This document shows positions 11,220-20,550 of a stretch of 64,000 bases of DNA, in pieces; position 1 is the stretch's first letter, and every line of letters starts with the position of its first letter. Source of the stretch: Thermoanaerobaculia bacterium (GTDB lineage Bacteria > Acidobacteriota > Thermoanaerobaculia > Multivoradales > JAGPDF01); contig JAGPDF010000004.1 of the NCBI GenBank assembly GCA_018057705.1, positions 12,140 through 76,139 on the forward strand, written 5' to 3'. The notes under the pieces were generated by a model. That model saw only the letters and a program-made list of their open reading frames with translations, searched no databases and was not told where the DNA came from. Made by a program: the position numbers and the translations under genes.

Positions 11220-11795
11220 ATGGTAACCTTCCGGCCGATGCCCAGCGAGCAGGTCGAGGCCAAGGAGGCCCCCTCTCTTCCGGTGCCTGTCGAGCCGGTG
11301 CGGGTGCTCGTCCCGTCACAGATCGGCATCCTGGGAGTGGAGTTCTACGGCCTCGCCATCGGTCGTATCCACGTCGCCCCAGCGGGGCCCACGGCGCGCC
11401 TCTTCCATCCCCTTTCTGCCTTCGAAGAGTCGGAGTTCCTGGACGAGGTTTTCGGCCGCCTCTCCGAGTACTTCGCCGGCGCGCGCCGGGCCCTGGAGCT
11501 CGAGTTCGATCTTGCCCCGTCGGGTGTCGATTCGTTCTCACGCCGGGTCCTCAAGGAGGCCCTGCGCACGCCCTACGGCAAGACGCGGACCTACAAGGAG
11601 ATCGCCGACGCCTCCGGACGCCCCGAGGCCTACCGCCAGGTCCTGTCGATTCTCCTCGACAATCCGATCCCGTTGCTCATCCCCTGCCACCGGATCATCC
11701 CGACGAAAGAGGGCATTGGCGGCTGGGTGGGTGGCGCGTCGCGCAAGCGCTGGCTGCTGCGGATGGAGCGCGAAAGCCCCGCGCAGACGGTCTAG
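11220..11795 (+). CDS. ogt: Methylated-DNA--protein-cysteine S-methyltransferase
   Basis: Active-site 'IPCHRII' (PCHR motif); 'YKEIADASGRPEAYRQVLSIL' DNA-binding helix. The first ATG is taken as the start; an upstream TTG at 11202 is possible. Confidence 0.8.
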   Translation: MVTFRPMPSEQVEAKEAPSLPVPVEPVRVLVPSQIGILGVEFYGLAIGRIHVAPAGPTARLFHPLSAFEESEFLDEVFGRLSEYFAGARRALELEFDLAPSGVDSFSRRVLKEALRTPYGKTRTYKEIADASGRPEAYRQVLSILLDNPIPLLIPCHRIIPTKEGIGGWVGGASRKRWLLRMERESPAQTV

Positions 11796-11823
11796 CCCGG
11801 CTCCGCCCCAGGGCGCTGCGACT

Positions 11824-13203
11824 TCAGCCGATTCGGGCGCGCCAGGACGCCGGGCGCAGCAGGTGCGCGACGCTCCGGACAACGAGCCCGGCCCGGCTCC
11901 ACGCCGTGCGGTGCGCGGCGAAGAGCGCTGCCGCCGCGGCCTCGGCGTCGGCATCGAGCGGCGCCGCCGCACGCAGTGCCTCGAGTTGGGCCAGACCGAA
12001 AGCGCCCGGCGGCACTTCGAGCCAGCGCACCCGGAGCGCCGGCTCGAGCTGCGCAGCCCGGGCGGGCGACAGCGGCGGGTTGCCGATCAGTGCGATGCGC
12101 CCGGCGGCGGCGTCGAGCAGCCAGGCCAGCCGGCGCAAGATGAGCCGCGGGGTGTTGAACTCGCTGGCTTCGACCAGCACCGGCTCCGGCTCGCCGCGGA
12201 CCGACAACCGGACATGCCCGCCGAAGACCGGTCCGAAGCTCCGCCGGGGCGGCGCCGCTGCGAGCCACGCCACGGCCAGCCAGGGGGCGAGCACGCAGGC
12301 GAGCGCCGTCGCGGCAAAGCGCTCCGCGGCCCGGCGCAATCGCCCGCCGAGTGCCGGCCGGTCGAGGTCGGCAAGCAGCAGATCGTCGTCGATCGCGGCA
12401 ACGGCCCCGCTCGCGACGTCGAGCACGAGTTGGCCGTCGAGAATGAGCCCCTTGCCAGCGAGCAGCCGCCCGACGTAGGTGCGCGGCAGGACGACGCACC
12501 GCTCGAGCGTGCAGTCGTCGTCGATGAGACATCGCGGCCCGATGGCGACCGCCGGTCCGAGGCGCGCGCGATCGGAAACTCGCGCCTGCGCGCCGATCAA
12601 CACTGGCGGCTTTTCGACGGCAGCGAGCGAGAAGCGGCTGCCGCGGGAGATGCGGACCCCCGGGACGACCTCGAAGCCCGGCAGCACGAAACCATCCGCC
12701 TGCTCGAGGAGCGCGAGTTGCAGCTCGAGGTAGCGGGCCGGGCTGCGCAAGCGACGCCGGGGGACAGCTCGCGCCAACCGCCCGCTCGCCCCCTCCAGAC
12801 GCAGCACCCAGCCGTCGTCGTCTTCCCAGTCCTCGTCCGGGGCGCTGCGGCTGCCACGTTCGCCTGCCACCGGCGCGACCAGAGCATCCGGAGCCAACAG
12901 GTAGAAAGGGCCAGCGGCCGCATCGAGACGCGCCAGCTGGCCAGCGAGCGGCAGATCCCGCGGCAGCGCCACCACCTCCGCCTCGACGCCCCACGCCTGG
13001 CCACCACGCAGGAAGTCGCGCACCCGTTCGGGCCGGTCGTCGGCGAGCACGATCACCCGACGCATGCCGATGGAGTTGGCGAGCTCGAGCTGATACTCGA
13101 CGAGCGCCTTGCCCAGAATTGGCAGCAGAGGCATGGGCCGTCGCCGCAGAAGCGGCTCGAGTGCCACCTCGGCGTGGGCGGCGGGGACGACGAGCGTGGT
13201 CAT
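11824..13203 (-). CDS. Nucleotidyltransferase-like protein (NTP_transferase fold with degenerate G-rich loop, left-handed beta-helix, plus a ~200-aa C-terminal extension)
   Basis: '[40 protein letters not shown]...' aligns with sugar-1-P nucleotidyltransferases, but the GGxGxRL loop is replaced by PAAHAEVAL. Hexapeptide repeats 'VLIGAQARVSDRARLGPAVAIGPRCLIDDDCTLERCVVLP'. Start ATG 13203 overlaps the upstream stop. Confidence 0.6.
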   Translation of the reverse strand: MTTLVVPAAHAEVALEPLLRRRPMPLLPILGKALVEYQLELANSIGMRRVIVLADDRPERVRDFLRGGQAWGVEAEVVALPRDLPLAGQLARLDAAAGPFYLLAPDALVAPVAGERGSRSAPDEDWEDDDGWVLRLEGASGRLARAVPRRRLRSPARYLELQLALLEQADGFVLPGFEVVPGVRISRGSRFSLAAVEKPPVLIGAQARVSDRARLGPAVAIGPRCLIDDDCTLERCVVLPRTYVGRLLAGKGLILDGQLVLDVASGAVAAIDDDLLLADLDRPALGGRLRRAAERFAATALACVLAPWLAVAWLAAAPPRRSFGPVFGGHVRLSVRGEPEPVLVEASEFNTPRLILRRLAWLLDAAAGRIALIGNPPLSPARAAQLEPALRVRWLEVPPGAFGLAQLEALRAAAPLDADAEAAAAALFAAHRTAWSRAGLVVRSVAHLLRPASWRARIG

Positions 13204-14030
13204 GTTGCCGCCCCGCTCGGCGGGCGACCGAGCCCGCGATGGAGTCTCCGGATCCGCAGCAGGTCGCGGAACATCCGGTAGGAGTCGCGCACCGGCTTCA
13301 CTTTGGTGCCCGGCGCATCGACCCAGCGCACACCGACTTCCACCACCTTCCAGCCGAGGCGGCGGGCGAGGTAGAGATGCTCGACGTCGAACGAGAATCC
13401 CGGCAACTTCTGGAGCTCGGCGATCCGGTGCGCCACCTCGCGGCGATAGCACTTGAAACCGCACTGGCTGTCGCGCACTCCGGGGACGGCGAGCAGCCGG
13501 ACGAGGGTCGAGAAGACCCCACCCATCAGCCGCCGATGCAGCGGCTGCGGCTCGACCTCGCTCGTCTTTAGGCGGCGGGAGCCGATGGCCACGTCGGCGC
13601 CGGCGGCGAGAGCCGCGAGGAGCTTCTCCACCTCCTCGATCGGGGTCGACAGATCGGCGTCACTGAACAGAACGAAGCGGCCCCGGGCGAGCGCGAAGCC
13701 GCGCCGCACCGCCTCCCCCTTGCCGTGGTTCGAGATATCGGTGGCGATGCGCGTCGTCACCTGCTCCTTCATCAGGGATCCGTAGATGTCGATCGTCTTG
13801 ACGACCTCGAGAGTCAGGTCGCGGGACCCGTCATCGACGAGGATGAGCTCGCTCGGCTTCCCCCAGTGCTGCAGGAAGTCCTTGACCCGGATGAGCGTGT
13901 CGGCGATCCGCGCCTGCTCGTTGTAAGCCGGAATCACGACCGAGAGCTCCGGCTCGGCGAATCCGGGTGCGTCGCTCAATACGCTCCGCGGCCCAGAAGC
14001 ACCGCCGGTACCGTCTTGACCAGAATCCAT
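13200..14030 (-). CDS. GT2 glycosyltransferase (DPM1 / polyprenyl-phosphate glycosyltransferase-like)
   Basis: '[18 protein letters not shown]...[10 protein letters not shown]...[11 protein letters not shown]...[14 protein letters not shown]'. The ATG at 14030 would overlap the upstream sugar transferase by 55 nt; an alternative TTG at 13979 gives a TTGA stop/start overlap. Confidence 0.75.
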   Translation of the reverse strand: MDSGQDGTGGASGPRSVLSDAPGFAEPELSVVIPAYNEQARIADTLIRVKDFLQHWGKPSELILVDDGSRDLTLEVVKTIDIYGSLMKEQVTTRIATDISNHGKGEAVRRGFALARGRFVLFSDADLSTPIEEVEKLLAALAAGADVAIGSRRLKTSEVEPQPLHRRLMGGVFSTLVRLLAVPGVRDSQCGFKCYRREVAHRIAELQKLPGFSFDVEHLYLARRLGWKVVEVGVRWVDAPGTKVKPVRDSYRMFRDLLRIRRLHRGLGRPPSGAAT

Positions 14031-14737
14031 GCGTCCCTCCAGAAGGTGCGCGTCTCGATGTACTGGACATCCAGGCGCACCTGTCCCTCGAACGGAATGT
14101 TGCTGCGGCCAGAGACCTGCCAGATGCAGGTCAACCCGGGCTCGGCGTCGAGCCGCCGGCGCTCCGCCGGCGTGTACTGCACCACTTCGGCGGGCACTGG
14201 GGGCCGCGGGCCGACAATCGACATCTCGCCGCGCAGCACGTTGAGCAGCTGCGGCAGCTCGTCGAGTGAAGTGCGACGCAGGAGCCGTCCAACGCGGGTC
14301 ACCCGCGGGTCCCACTTCATCTTGAAGATCACGCCACCGGCCTCGTTGTGCTGCTCGAGCTCGGCTTTGCGGCGCTCGGCGTCGACGTACATGGTGCGGA
14401 ACTTGTAGAGCCTGAAGAGCCTGCCGCGGCGGCCGACGCGCGTCTGGGTGAAGAAGACCGGTCCGGGCGAATCGAGCCGGATCGCGGTGGCGAGTCCCAT
14501 CCAGATCGGCGCCGAAAGCAGCAGCATGGCTGCTCCGGTCACCAGGTCGAAAAGGCGCTTGAGCAGCCGCGAACCCCCGACCACCGCCTCCCAGGAGCGG
14601 TACTTGAGCGTCAGGCGGAGGCGCGCGAAACCGCGCTCGGAGCCGAGCATCGACTGCCAGCGCCGGATGAGGTCGTCGTCGGCCGCGCTGGCCGGACGCG
14701 CGGGACGGTGGGAGGATGCGGGGTCGCCGAGAGTCAT
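13976..14737 (-). CDS. Polyprenyl-phosphate glycosyl-1-phosphate transferase (bacterial sugar transferase, WbaP/WcaJ C-domain type); priming enzyme
   Basis: Full PF02397-type motifs: '[34 protein letters not shown]', '[23 protein letters not shown]', '[12 protein letters not shown]'. Confidence 0.85.
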   Translation of the reverse strand: MTLGDPASSHRPARPASAADDDLIRRWQSMLGSERGFARLRLTLKYRSWEAVVGGSRLLKRLFDLVTGAAMLLLSAPIWMGLATAIRLDSPGPVFFTQTRVGRRGRLFRLYKFRTMYVDAERRKAELEQHNEAGGVIFKMKWDPRVTRVGRLLRRTSLDELPQLLNVLRGEMSIVGPRPPVPAEVVQYTPAERRRLDAEPGLTCIWQVSGRSNIPFEGQVRLDVQYIETRTFWRDAWILVKTVPAVLLGRGAY

Positions 14738-14748
14738 CGCGATCCGAT

Positions 14749-15810
14749 CTAGAGCGTTCGCCCGAGCTGGAGCGCCAGCAGGGAGGGCAGAATTTCGTTG
14801 AGGAACTGGGCGAAACTGGCGAGCCGCCGGCGCGGCACGTAGACGATGTCGCCGACCGCGAGCTCGGGATCGGGCACTGTGCCGTCGAGCACCGCCCGCA
14901 CGTCCACCGAAAGCAGGCGCTGCTCGCCGTCCACTTCGCGCAGGATGACGACGTCGCCGAGCCGCGCCGTCGGTTTGAAGCCTCCCGATTCGGCGACCGC
15001 CTGCAGCAGGGTCACCCGGCCGCGGAAGCCGTAGGCACGCGGCTTGAAGACCTCACCCAGAATGTGAACCTCCTGGGCGAGCGACGACGGCAGATAGAGA
15101 TAGTCGCCGTCCTCGAGCGCCACGTCTTCGCGGGTGTCGCCGCGCCGTACGAGAGCTTCGAAGTCCACCGGGACCACCTTGCCGCGCCGCACCAGGTAAG
15201 CGTTCTTGAGATCGGCGACCTCGATCGTCGAACCTTCGTACTGGCCGGACGCGAGCCCCTGGGCGAGAGCGAGGGCGGTGATGATCGTGGTGTGGGAGTC
15301 GATCGGATACATGCCGGGACTCACCACCTTGCCGAGGATGGCGAACTGCGCCGCGCGCGCCTTCTTCACGAGCACGGTCACCTGCGGAAAGCGCAGGAAG
15401 CGAGTGAGCTCTTTCTCGAGCCCGGCGCGGAACTCCTCCGTCGTGAGACCCGCAACCACGAGATCGCCGACGTAGGTGAAGCTGATCTTCCCGTCCGGCC
15501 GCACGGGCAGCTCCCGGCGGAGGTCCTCGTGGCCGACGACGAGAATGTCGATGACATCTCCCGGACCGAGGCGATAGTCGGCAAGGCCGGCGCCACGCGC
15601 TTCCTCGACCGACTCCCAGACGGGAAGCGCCGGGCCGGTGAGTCGGGGCGGGACGACAGCCGGTGCGGCCGCGAGAGCGGCCCCGCCCGCCGGCGGCTCC
15701 GCGGGAGTCTGCGCAGGAGGATTCGCCGCGCAGCCGCTCCAGCCCAGCCCGGCGGCGACCGCCGTGCCGAGGAGCGCGTGGCGCAGAGACGAGCTTCGCT
15801 GTGGCGTCAT
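14749..15810 (-). CDS. Outer-membrane polysaccharide export protein (Wza-like; Poly_export plus SLBB domains), lipoprotein
   Basis: Lipobox-like 'AAGLGWSGC'; 'YRLGPGDVIDILVVGHEDLRRELPVRPDGKISFTYVGDLVVAGLTTEEF' (Poly_export); two SLBB-like repeats. Confidence 0.85.
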   Translation of the reverse strand: MTPQRSSSLRHALLGTAVAAGLGWSGCAANPPAQTPAEPPAGGAALAAAPAVVPPRLTGPALPVWESVEEARGAGLADYRLGPGDVIDILVVGHEDLRRELPVRPDGKISFTYVGDLVVAGLTTEEFRAGLEKELTRFLRFPQVTVLVKKARAAQFAILGKVVSPGMYPIDSHTTIITALALAQGLASGQYEGSTIEVADLKNAYLVRRGKVVPVDFEALVRRGDTREDVALEDGDYLYLPSSLAQEVHILGEVFKPRAYGFRGRVTLLQAVAESGGFKPTARLGDVVILREVDGEQRLLSVDVRAVLDGTVPDPELAVGDIVYVPRRRLASFAQFLNEILPSLLALQLGRTL

Positions 15811-17900
15811 TGCGCCTGCCGTTTCTGGCCAGCCGACTTGCGGGCGAAGAACGGGTCCACATAGTCGGCCGGAACCCTGTTGAGAATGGCGCCGAGCACC
15901 GGCACCCGCGCGCCGGCGAGCCGCGAGATCGCCTCGCGGAGGATGCCGCGCGGCTCCTCGAACGCCGCAGCGACCAGCACCACCGCGTCCGCCACCTGCG
16001 CGAGGAGCAGCGCATCGCTTCCGACGAGCACCGGCGGTCCATCGACGAGCACCAGGTCGAAGGCGGCGGCGAGCTCTGTCAACGCGCGACTCATCGCCGG
16101 GCCGGCCAGCGCTTCGGCAGTGAGGTGGCGACCGGACTGGAGGTAGCTCGGCCCGGAGGAGTCAGGACGTCGCAGCACCGCCTCCAGGGTCGCTGTGCCG
16201 GCGAGGAACTGCGCCAGACCGGGCGCCCCCGCGATGAGCCCGAGCCGCGGGGCGAGTCCGTCCAGACTCGGCTTGCGCGGCTGACCATCGACGACGCACA
16301 CGGCGAGACCGCGCGAGGCTGCGACTCGCGCCAGATTGAGCGCCACGGTCGTCCGGCCCTCGAGATGAGCCGCGCTCGCCAGCAGGAGCTTCCAGCCACC
16401 GTTCGCGGTGCGCAGGAGCAGAAGGCGAGTGAGCAACTGGCGGAAGGCCTCGAGCGCCGGATCGGCATCGCCGACCAGCGGCGCGCGCTCCCCCGAGAGC
16501 AGAGGCACCTCGCCCAGGGCCGGCACACCGAGCGCGCGTTCGACCTCGCGCACACCCTTGAGACGGGTATCCGCGAGCTCGCGCACCAGCGCGACGCCGA
16601 CGCCGGCCGCGACGCCGCCGACGAGTCCCAGCAGGACGATCCACTTCGCCGGCGACGGCAGCGGATAGTCGGGGATCCGCGCCTCCTGCATGATCGAGAA
16701 GTTGGCCGCGGTCGAGTCGCGGATGATCCGCACCTCTTCGACCCGCGAAGCGAGGGTCCTCTCGACCTCGTCCAGGGTATCGAACTCCTGCTGCAGTCGC
16801 GCGAGCTCCGACTCGACCTCGGGCAGGGTCTGGAGCTCCGCGCGGTAGCGGTCGCGCACCGCGGCGTAACCGCGCGCTCGCGCCTCGCGCGAGGTGGACT
16901 CCACGGTCTTCTCGACCAGCGACTGCTCGAGTACCGACAGGACGGGGTTGCGCGAGACGGTGCTCTCGTAGAGCTGTTCCTCCAGCCCCTGTCGCGCCAG
17001 CTCCTCCATGCGGGCGATCTCGTTGCGCGCCTCTTTCACCTGGGCGCTCTCCTCGGTGTAGACCGAAAGCAGGTCCGCGAGCAGGGTCTGCAGCTCGAGC
17101 AGGCGTGCCTGCACCGGCTTCTTGACGAAGACCGACGACACCACCGTTCCGTCCTGGCGCGCCAGCTCACGCCGGGTGACCCCGAGAGCGTCGGCCGCCA
17201 TGCCGGCGTCGAGGCGCTCCTTCTCCGCGAGCGCGTCGAACTCGGAGAGCTTCTCGATCAGCTTCCCGGCCTGGTCGGAGAGCTTGATGACGCCGTGCTC
17301 TTCCTTGAACGCCACCAGCCGCGCCGCGATCGCGCGGTCGCGCTCGCGCGTCTCGACGAGCTGCTGCGAGAGATAGTCGTAGGCCTGGATCGCCTCGAGC
17401 TTCTGCAACCGGTCGACGTTGACCACGAACGCCCGCGCCAGAGCGTTGGCGACGGCGACTGCCACCTGGGGATCGTCCCAGGTGACCAGGATCTCGACCA
17501 GGTCCGTGTCCTTCGGGTTCTCCACCCGCACCCGCTGCGACAGCGTCGCAGCGTCGACGTCGAGCTTGAGCTCATCGATGACCGATCTCAGGTTCTCGTT
17601 CACCTTGACCAGCCGCATCACCGTCGGCATGGCGTAGACCTGGAGCTTCACGATCGGAGTGTTCGAGGTGACGAGAAACTCCCTCTGCTCGCGCTTGCGC
17701 AGAATCGTCACCCAGACCTCCCATTCGCGGGAACGCGCGAACAGAGCAGCGACCAGCGCGAGCACGAAGATCGCACCCGCGACGAGCAGAATCTGCTTGC
17801 GCCGGCGGCGCATTCCCAGCAGCAGCAGCCCCAGATCGAACGGCAGGCCGGCGGAAGCCTCCTCGCGTTCGCCCGCGGCTTCGACGATGAACTGCGGCAT
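15807..17900 (-). CDS. Polysaccharide co-polymerase / chain-length determinant (PCP-2a, Wzc-like) with a degenerate C-terminal BY-kinase domain
   Basis: Two TM segments flanking a long coiled-coil periplasmic domain; C-terminal P-loop NTPase-like domain where the Walker A region reads 'SAAHLEGRTT' (canonical 'SxxPGEGKST'); no C-terminal Tyr cluster. A GTG at 18038 (GTGA overlap with the ATPase stop) is an alternative start. Confidence 0.8.
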   Translation of the reverse strand: MPQFIVEAAGEREEASAGLPFDLGLLLLGMRRRRKQILLVAGAIFVLALVAALFARSREWEVWVTILRKREQREFLVTSNTPIVKLQVYAMPTVMRLVKVNENLRSVIDELKLDVDAATLSQRVRVENPKDTDLVEILVTWDDPQVAVAVANALARAFVVNVDRLQKLEAIQAYDYLSQQLVETRERDRAIAARLVAFKEEHGVIKLSDQAGKLIEKLSEFDALAEKERLDAGMAADALGVTRRELARQDGTVVSSVFVKKPVQARLLELQTLLADLLSVYTEESAQVKEARNEIARMEELARQGLEEQLYESTVSRNPVLSVLEQSLVEKTVESTSREARARGYAAVRDRYRAELQTLPEVESELARLQQEFDTLDEVERTLASRVEEVRIIRDSTAANFSIMQEARIPDYPLPSPAKWIVLLGLVGGVAAGVGVALVRELADTRLKGVREVERALGVPALGEVPLLSGERAPLVGDADPALEAFRQLLTRLLLLRTANGGWKLLLASAAHLEGRTTVALNLARVAASRGLAVCVVDGQPRKPSLDGLAPRLGLIAGAPGLAQFLAGTATLEAVLRRPDSSGPSYLQSGRHLTAEALAGPAMSRALTELAAAFDLVLVDGPPVLVGSDALLLAQVADAVVLVAAAFEEPRGILREAISRLAGARVPVLGAILNRVPADYVDPFFARKSAGQKRQAQ

Positions 17901-18034
17901 CGCCGGGGCGCCGGGCTCCGGTGTTCCGGCTGGCGCCACCGGCACGGCCGGCGTCGTGGGCAACGTCTTCGGCAAGAGTGCCGGCGGAGCGTCCGGCAGC
18001 AGGTCGCGCACCCGCAGATCGTCGCCGGGTCCGC

Positions 18035-18871
18035 TCACGCCTCGCTCCCTCCCCGCTGCCGCTCGAGGTCGAGCAGCACGGTGCGGATCTCGCCCGGGCC
18101 GACGGCCACGGCGCCATGGGAGGCGGCGACCGCCAGGGCGAGGCGCGCGACGCGGTTGATCTCGCGCGGCACACCGCGCGTGCCCGAGGCCAGGACCGTG
18201 ACGGCCTCGGGGGAGAACAGCTGGCCGGTCGGGTGCCCCGCCGCGCGCAGGCGGCATTCGAGATAGGCGGATGTCTGCGCGGGATCGAGCGGCCGCAGGT
18301 GAAAGCGCAGGCCGGCCCGCTGATCGAGCTGCGGCAGCTCGAGCAGGCGGCGGCGAAGCTCGGGCTGGCCGACGAGCACGAGCTTCATCTCGAGGCGGCC
18401 GTCGGCCAGATTGATGAGTGCGCGCATTCCCACCAGCGCTTCGAGCGTCAGCTCCTGTGCCTCGTCGAACAGCAGCACGATCGGCACCGCGCGTGCCTCG
18501 GCGATTCTCTGCAGGCGGGCGACGAGCTCGCGCTCGCCCGCCGTGGAGGAGAAGTCGGCGGCCCCGAGCTGCCCCAGCGCCTCGCGCAACAGTTCGACCC
18601 ACGGATAGTGACTGGAAGTGAGCTGGGCCACCAGCCGGAAGGGCGCGCTCGCCGCCGCGAACAGCGCACGCACCAGACTCTTGCCGCAGCCGATCTCCCC
18701 AGTCAGCAGGCCGAGCTGCGCCCCGCGCTCGCGCGCCAGATACTCGAGTCGGGCCAGGGCCTCGGCGTGGCCCTCGGAGGGAAAGAAGAAGTCCGGATCG
18801 GCCGCCCCTTCGAACGGAGCGCGCTCGAGTCCCCAGGCCACGAGCCCCGCAGGCGCCGGCGGGCGATTCAT
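18035..18871 (-). CDS. ExeA/GspA-like AAA ATPase (secretion-ATPase family found in exopolysaccharide/PEP-CTERM-type loci)
   Basis: Walker A 'GEIGCGKSLV', Walker B 'VLLFDEAQEL', C-terminal 'LASGTRGVPREINRVARLAL' characteristic of the GspA/ExeA family. Confidence 0.8.
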   Translation of the reverse strand: MNRPPAPAGLVAWGLERAPFEGAADPDFFFPSEGHAEALARLEYLARERGAQLGLLTGEIGCGKSLVRALFAAASAPFRLVAQLTSSHYPWVELLREALGQLGAADFSSTAGERELVARLQRIAEARAVPIVLLFDEAQELTLEALVGMRALINLADGRLEMKLVLVGQPELRRRLLELPQLDQRAGLRFHLRPLDPAQTSAYLECRLRAAGHPTGQLFSPEAVTVLASGTRGVPREINRVARLALAVAASHGAVAVGPGEIRTVLLDLERQRGGSEA

Positions 18872-20550
18872 GGTTGCACCTCCGGCGTGGCGCGGACGAA
18901 GAGGCGGATCGGCAGCGGCTGCCCCGCCGCGGCGACGATCTCGGCGGTGCGTTCGGCCGTATGAGCGGCCAGCCAGTCGATGACCTCCTGGGGAGTCGCG
19001 CCGCCATAGAGATCGCCGCGGGTCGTGGTGAGGAAAGCGACGAAGCGCGGATCCGCCACCCGTGTCAGCAGCTCAGCTGCGTTCCGTGGTTCATAGGCGC
19101 TCGACCAATAGCGGCCGGTACGGAAGAGGTAGTACTGGAGTGCCGGAACCTCCGGAGAAAGAAACGCCGGCTCGCGGATGTCACGCCCGGCGAGGAGCGG
19201 CGCGACGAGCCGCGCCGCTTCGCGATAACCGGTGCGGTGCCCCAGGCATTCGCGCTGCACCGTCATCGCCGACCCGGCGACCGCCGCGACCCCGGCTGCG
19301 CCGACCAACGCGAGCGTGCCGAGGGACCAGCGCGAGCCGGCGAAAGCCAGCGAGGCAGCGCTCGCGGCGAGGAAGAGCGCCACCCCGGCCGCCATCGCCG
19401 GAGAAGGGAAGAGCGGGCTCGCGCCGCTTTGCCAGAGCGCCAGGCCAGCGAGAGGAAGCACGACCAGCGCGGCGGCGAGCGCCGGCCGCAGGCGCTCGCG
19501 ATGCCGGAGCAACACGGCCACGCCGATGCCGGCGAGCGCCGCCAGGCTGGGCAGCAACGGGAAGGAGTACTGGCGGAGCTTCACGCCCATGAAGGAGATC
19601 AGGAGCAGCTCGGCGGCGAGCGCCAGCCAGAGTGGACGCTGCGGCAGCGAGGTCTCGCGGCCCGGCGCAGGCACGTCGCGCGCCGTGAGCGCGGCGGCGA
19701 CCAGCGGCAGCGCCATGAAGCAGCTCTGCAGCGTCCCCCGCAGGTAGAAGCTCCACGGCTGGTGCCAGTAGCCGGCGAACTCCTGGCCGCCGGCCCGCCC
19801 GAAAAGCGAGAAGATGAAGTACTGCTCGAACCAGTGCGGAATCGTCGCCGGCGAGAACCACGCCACGAGCGCGAGGTGGCTGCCTCCCACCGTGATGAAG
19901 GCCACGCCGGCGAGCGCCATGCGGCCCCAGGAGCCCGCCTCGCGGCGGCGGCGAGCGTCGGCGAGGAGCGCCACCGCGACCGGCGCGATGAACAGGCCGA
20001 CCAGCCACAGCTTGACGAGAAAGCCGCAGCCCCAGAACAGGCCAGCGAGGAGCGCCGGCGCATTGCGCCGCTCCTCGAGCGCGCGCACAGCCGCCCAGAC
20101 ACCAGCCAGGCCGAACGCCGCCAACAGACCTTCGCCCATGACCACGCGCGAGGAATAGACCAGCGGCGGCAGGAGCAGCGTCGCGATGCCAGCCGCCCAG
20201 GCGGCGAAGCCACCGTAGCGACGCGCGACCAGCAGCCCCACCAGCCACGCACACGCCAAGCCGGCGAGCGCCGGCACCAGGCGCACCGCGAGCTCGGTCG
20301 GCCCCAGCAGGGCGACCGGTCCGGCGAGCAGCAAAGGAAAGAGGAACGGCTTGTTGTCCGGCGCCGAAAGCGGGTCACGACCGAGGTTGAGCAACTGGTC
20401 GAAGCCGCCCTCGATGAGGTTACGGGCGTAGGTCCCGTAGTAGCCCTCGTCACCACCCACGAGGTCCGGTTCGCCGAGCTCGACGAACCGCAGAGCGAGC
20501 CCGGCGAGCAGCAGGCCGGCCAGCACGTAGGCACCTCGGCGTCCGATCAC
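18868..20550 (-). CDS. GT-C fold membrane glycosyltransferase (PMT/ArnT-like, GT39/GT83 family)
   Basis: Polytopic; first-loop motif 'GGDEGYYGTYARNLIEGG' resembles the ArnT/PMT DE motif; many TM segments; large C-terminal soluble domain. GTG start gives a GTGA overlap with the upstream gene. Confidence 0.7.
   Translation of the reverse strand: MIGRRGAYVLAGLLLAGLALRFVELGEPDLVGGDEGYYGTYARNLIEGGFDQLLNLGRDPLSAPDNKPFLFPLLLAGPVALLGPTELAVRLVPALAGLACAWLVGLLVARRYGGFAAWAAGIATLLLPPLVYSSRVVMGEGLLAAFGLAGVWAAVRALEERRNAPALLAGLFWGCGFLVKLWLVGLFIAPVAVALLADARRRREAGSWGRMALAGVAFITVGGSHLALVAWFSPATIPHWFEQYFIFSLFGRAGGQEFAGYWHQPWSFYLRGTLQSCFMALPLVAAALTARDVPAPGRETSLPQRPLWLALAAELLLISFMGVKLRQYSFPLLPSLAALAGIGVAVLLRHRERLRPALAAALVVLPLAGLALWQSGASPLFPSPAMAAGVALFLAASAASLAFAGSRWSLGTLALVGAAGVAAVAGSAMTVQRECLGHRTGYREAARLVAPLLAGRDIREPAFLSPEVPALQYYLFRTGRYWSSAYEPRNAAELLTRVADPRFVAFLTTTRGDLYGGATPQEVIDWLAAHTAERTAEIVAAAGQPLPIRLFVRATPEVQP

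Noticed and set aside
15807-19007. 1066-aa ORF (15807-19007 -) and 1079-aa ORF (18868-22107 -) in the ORF track
   Set aside because: Each is a real gene (the PCP and the GT-C glycosyltransferase, respectively) artificially extended upstream through a stop-free frame across the neighbouring gene. Domain content starts only at 17900/18038 and 20550.
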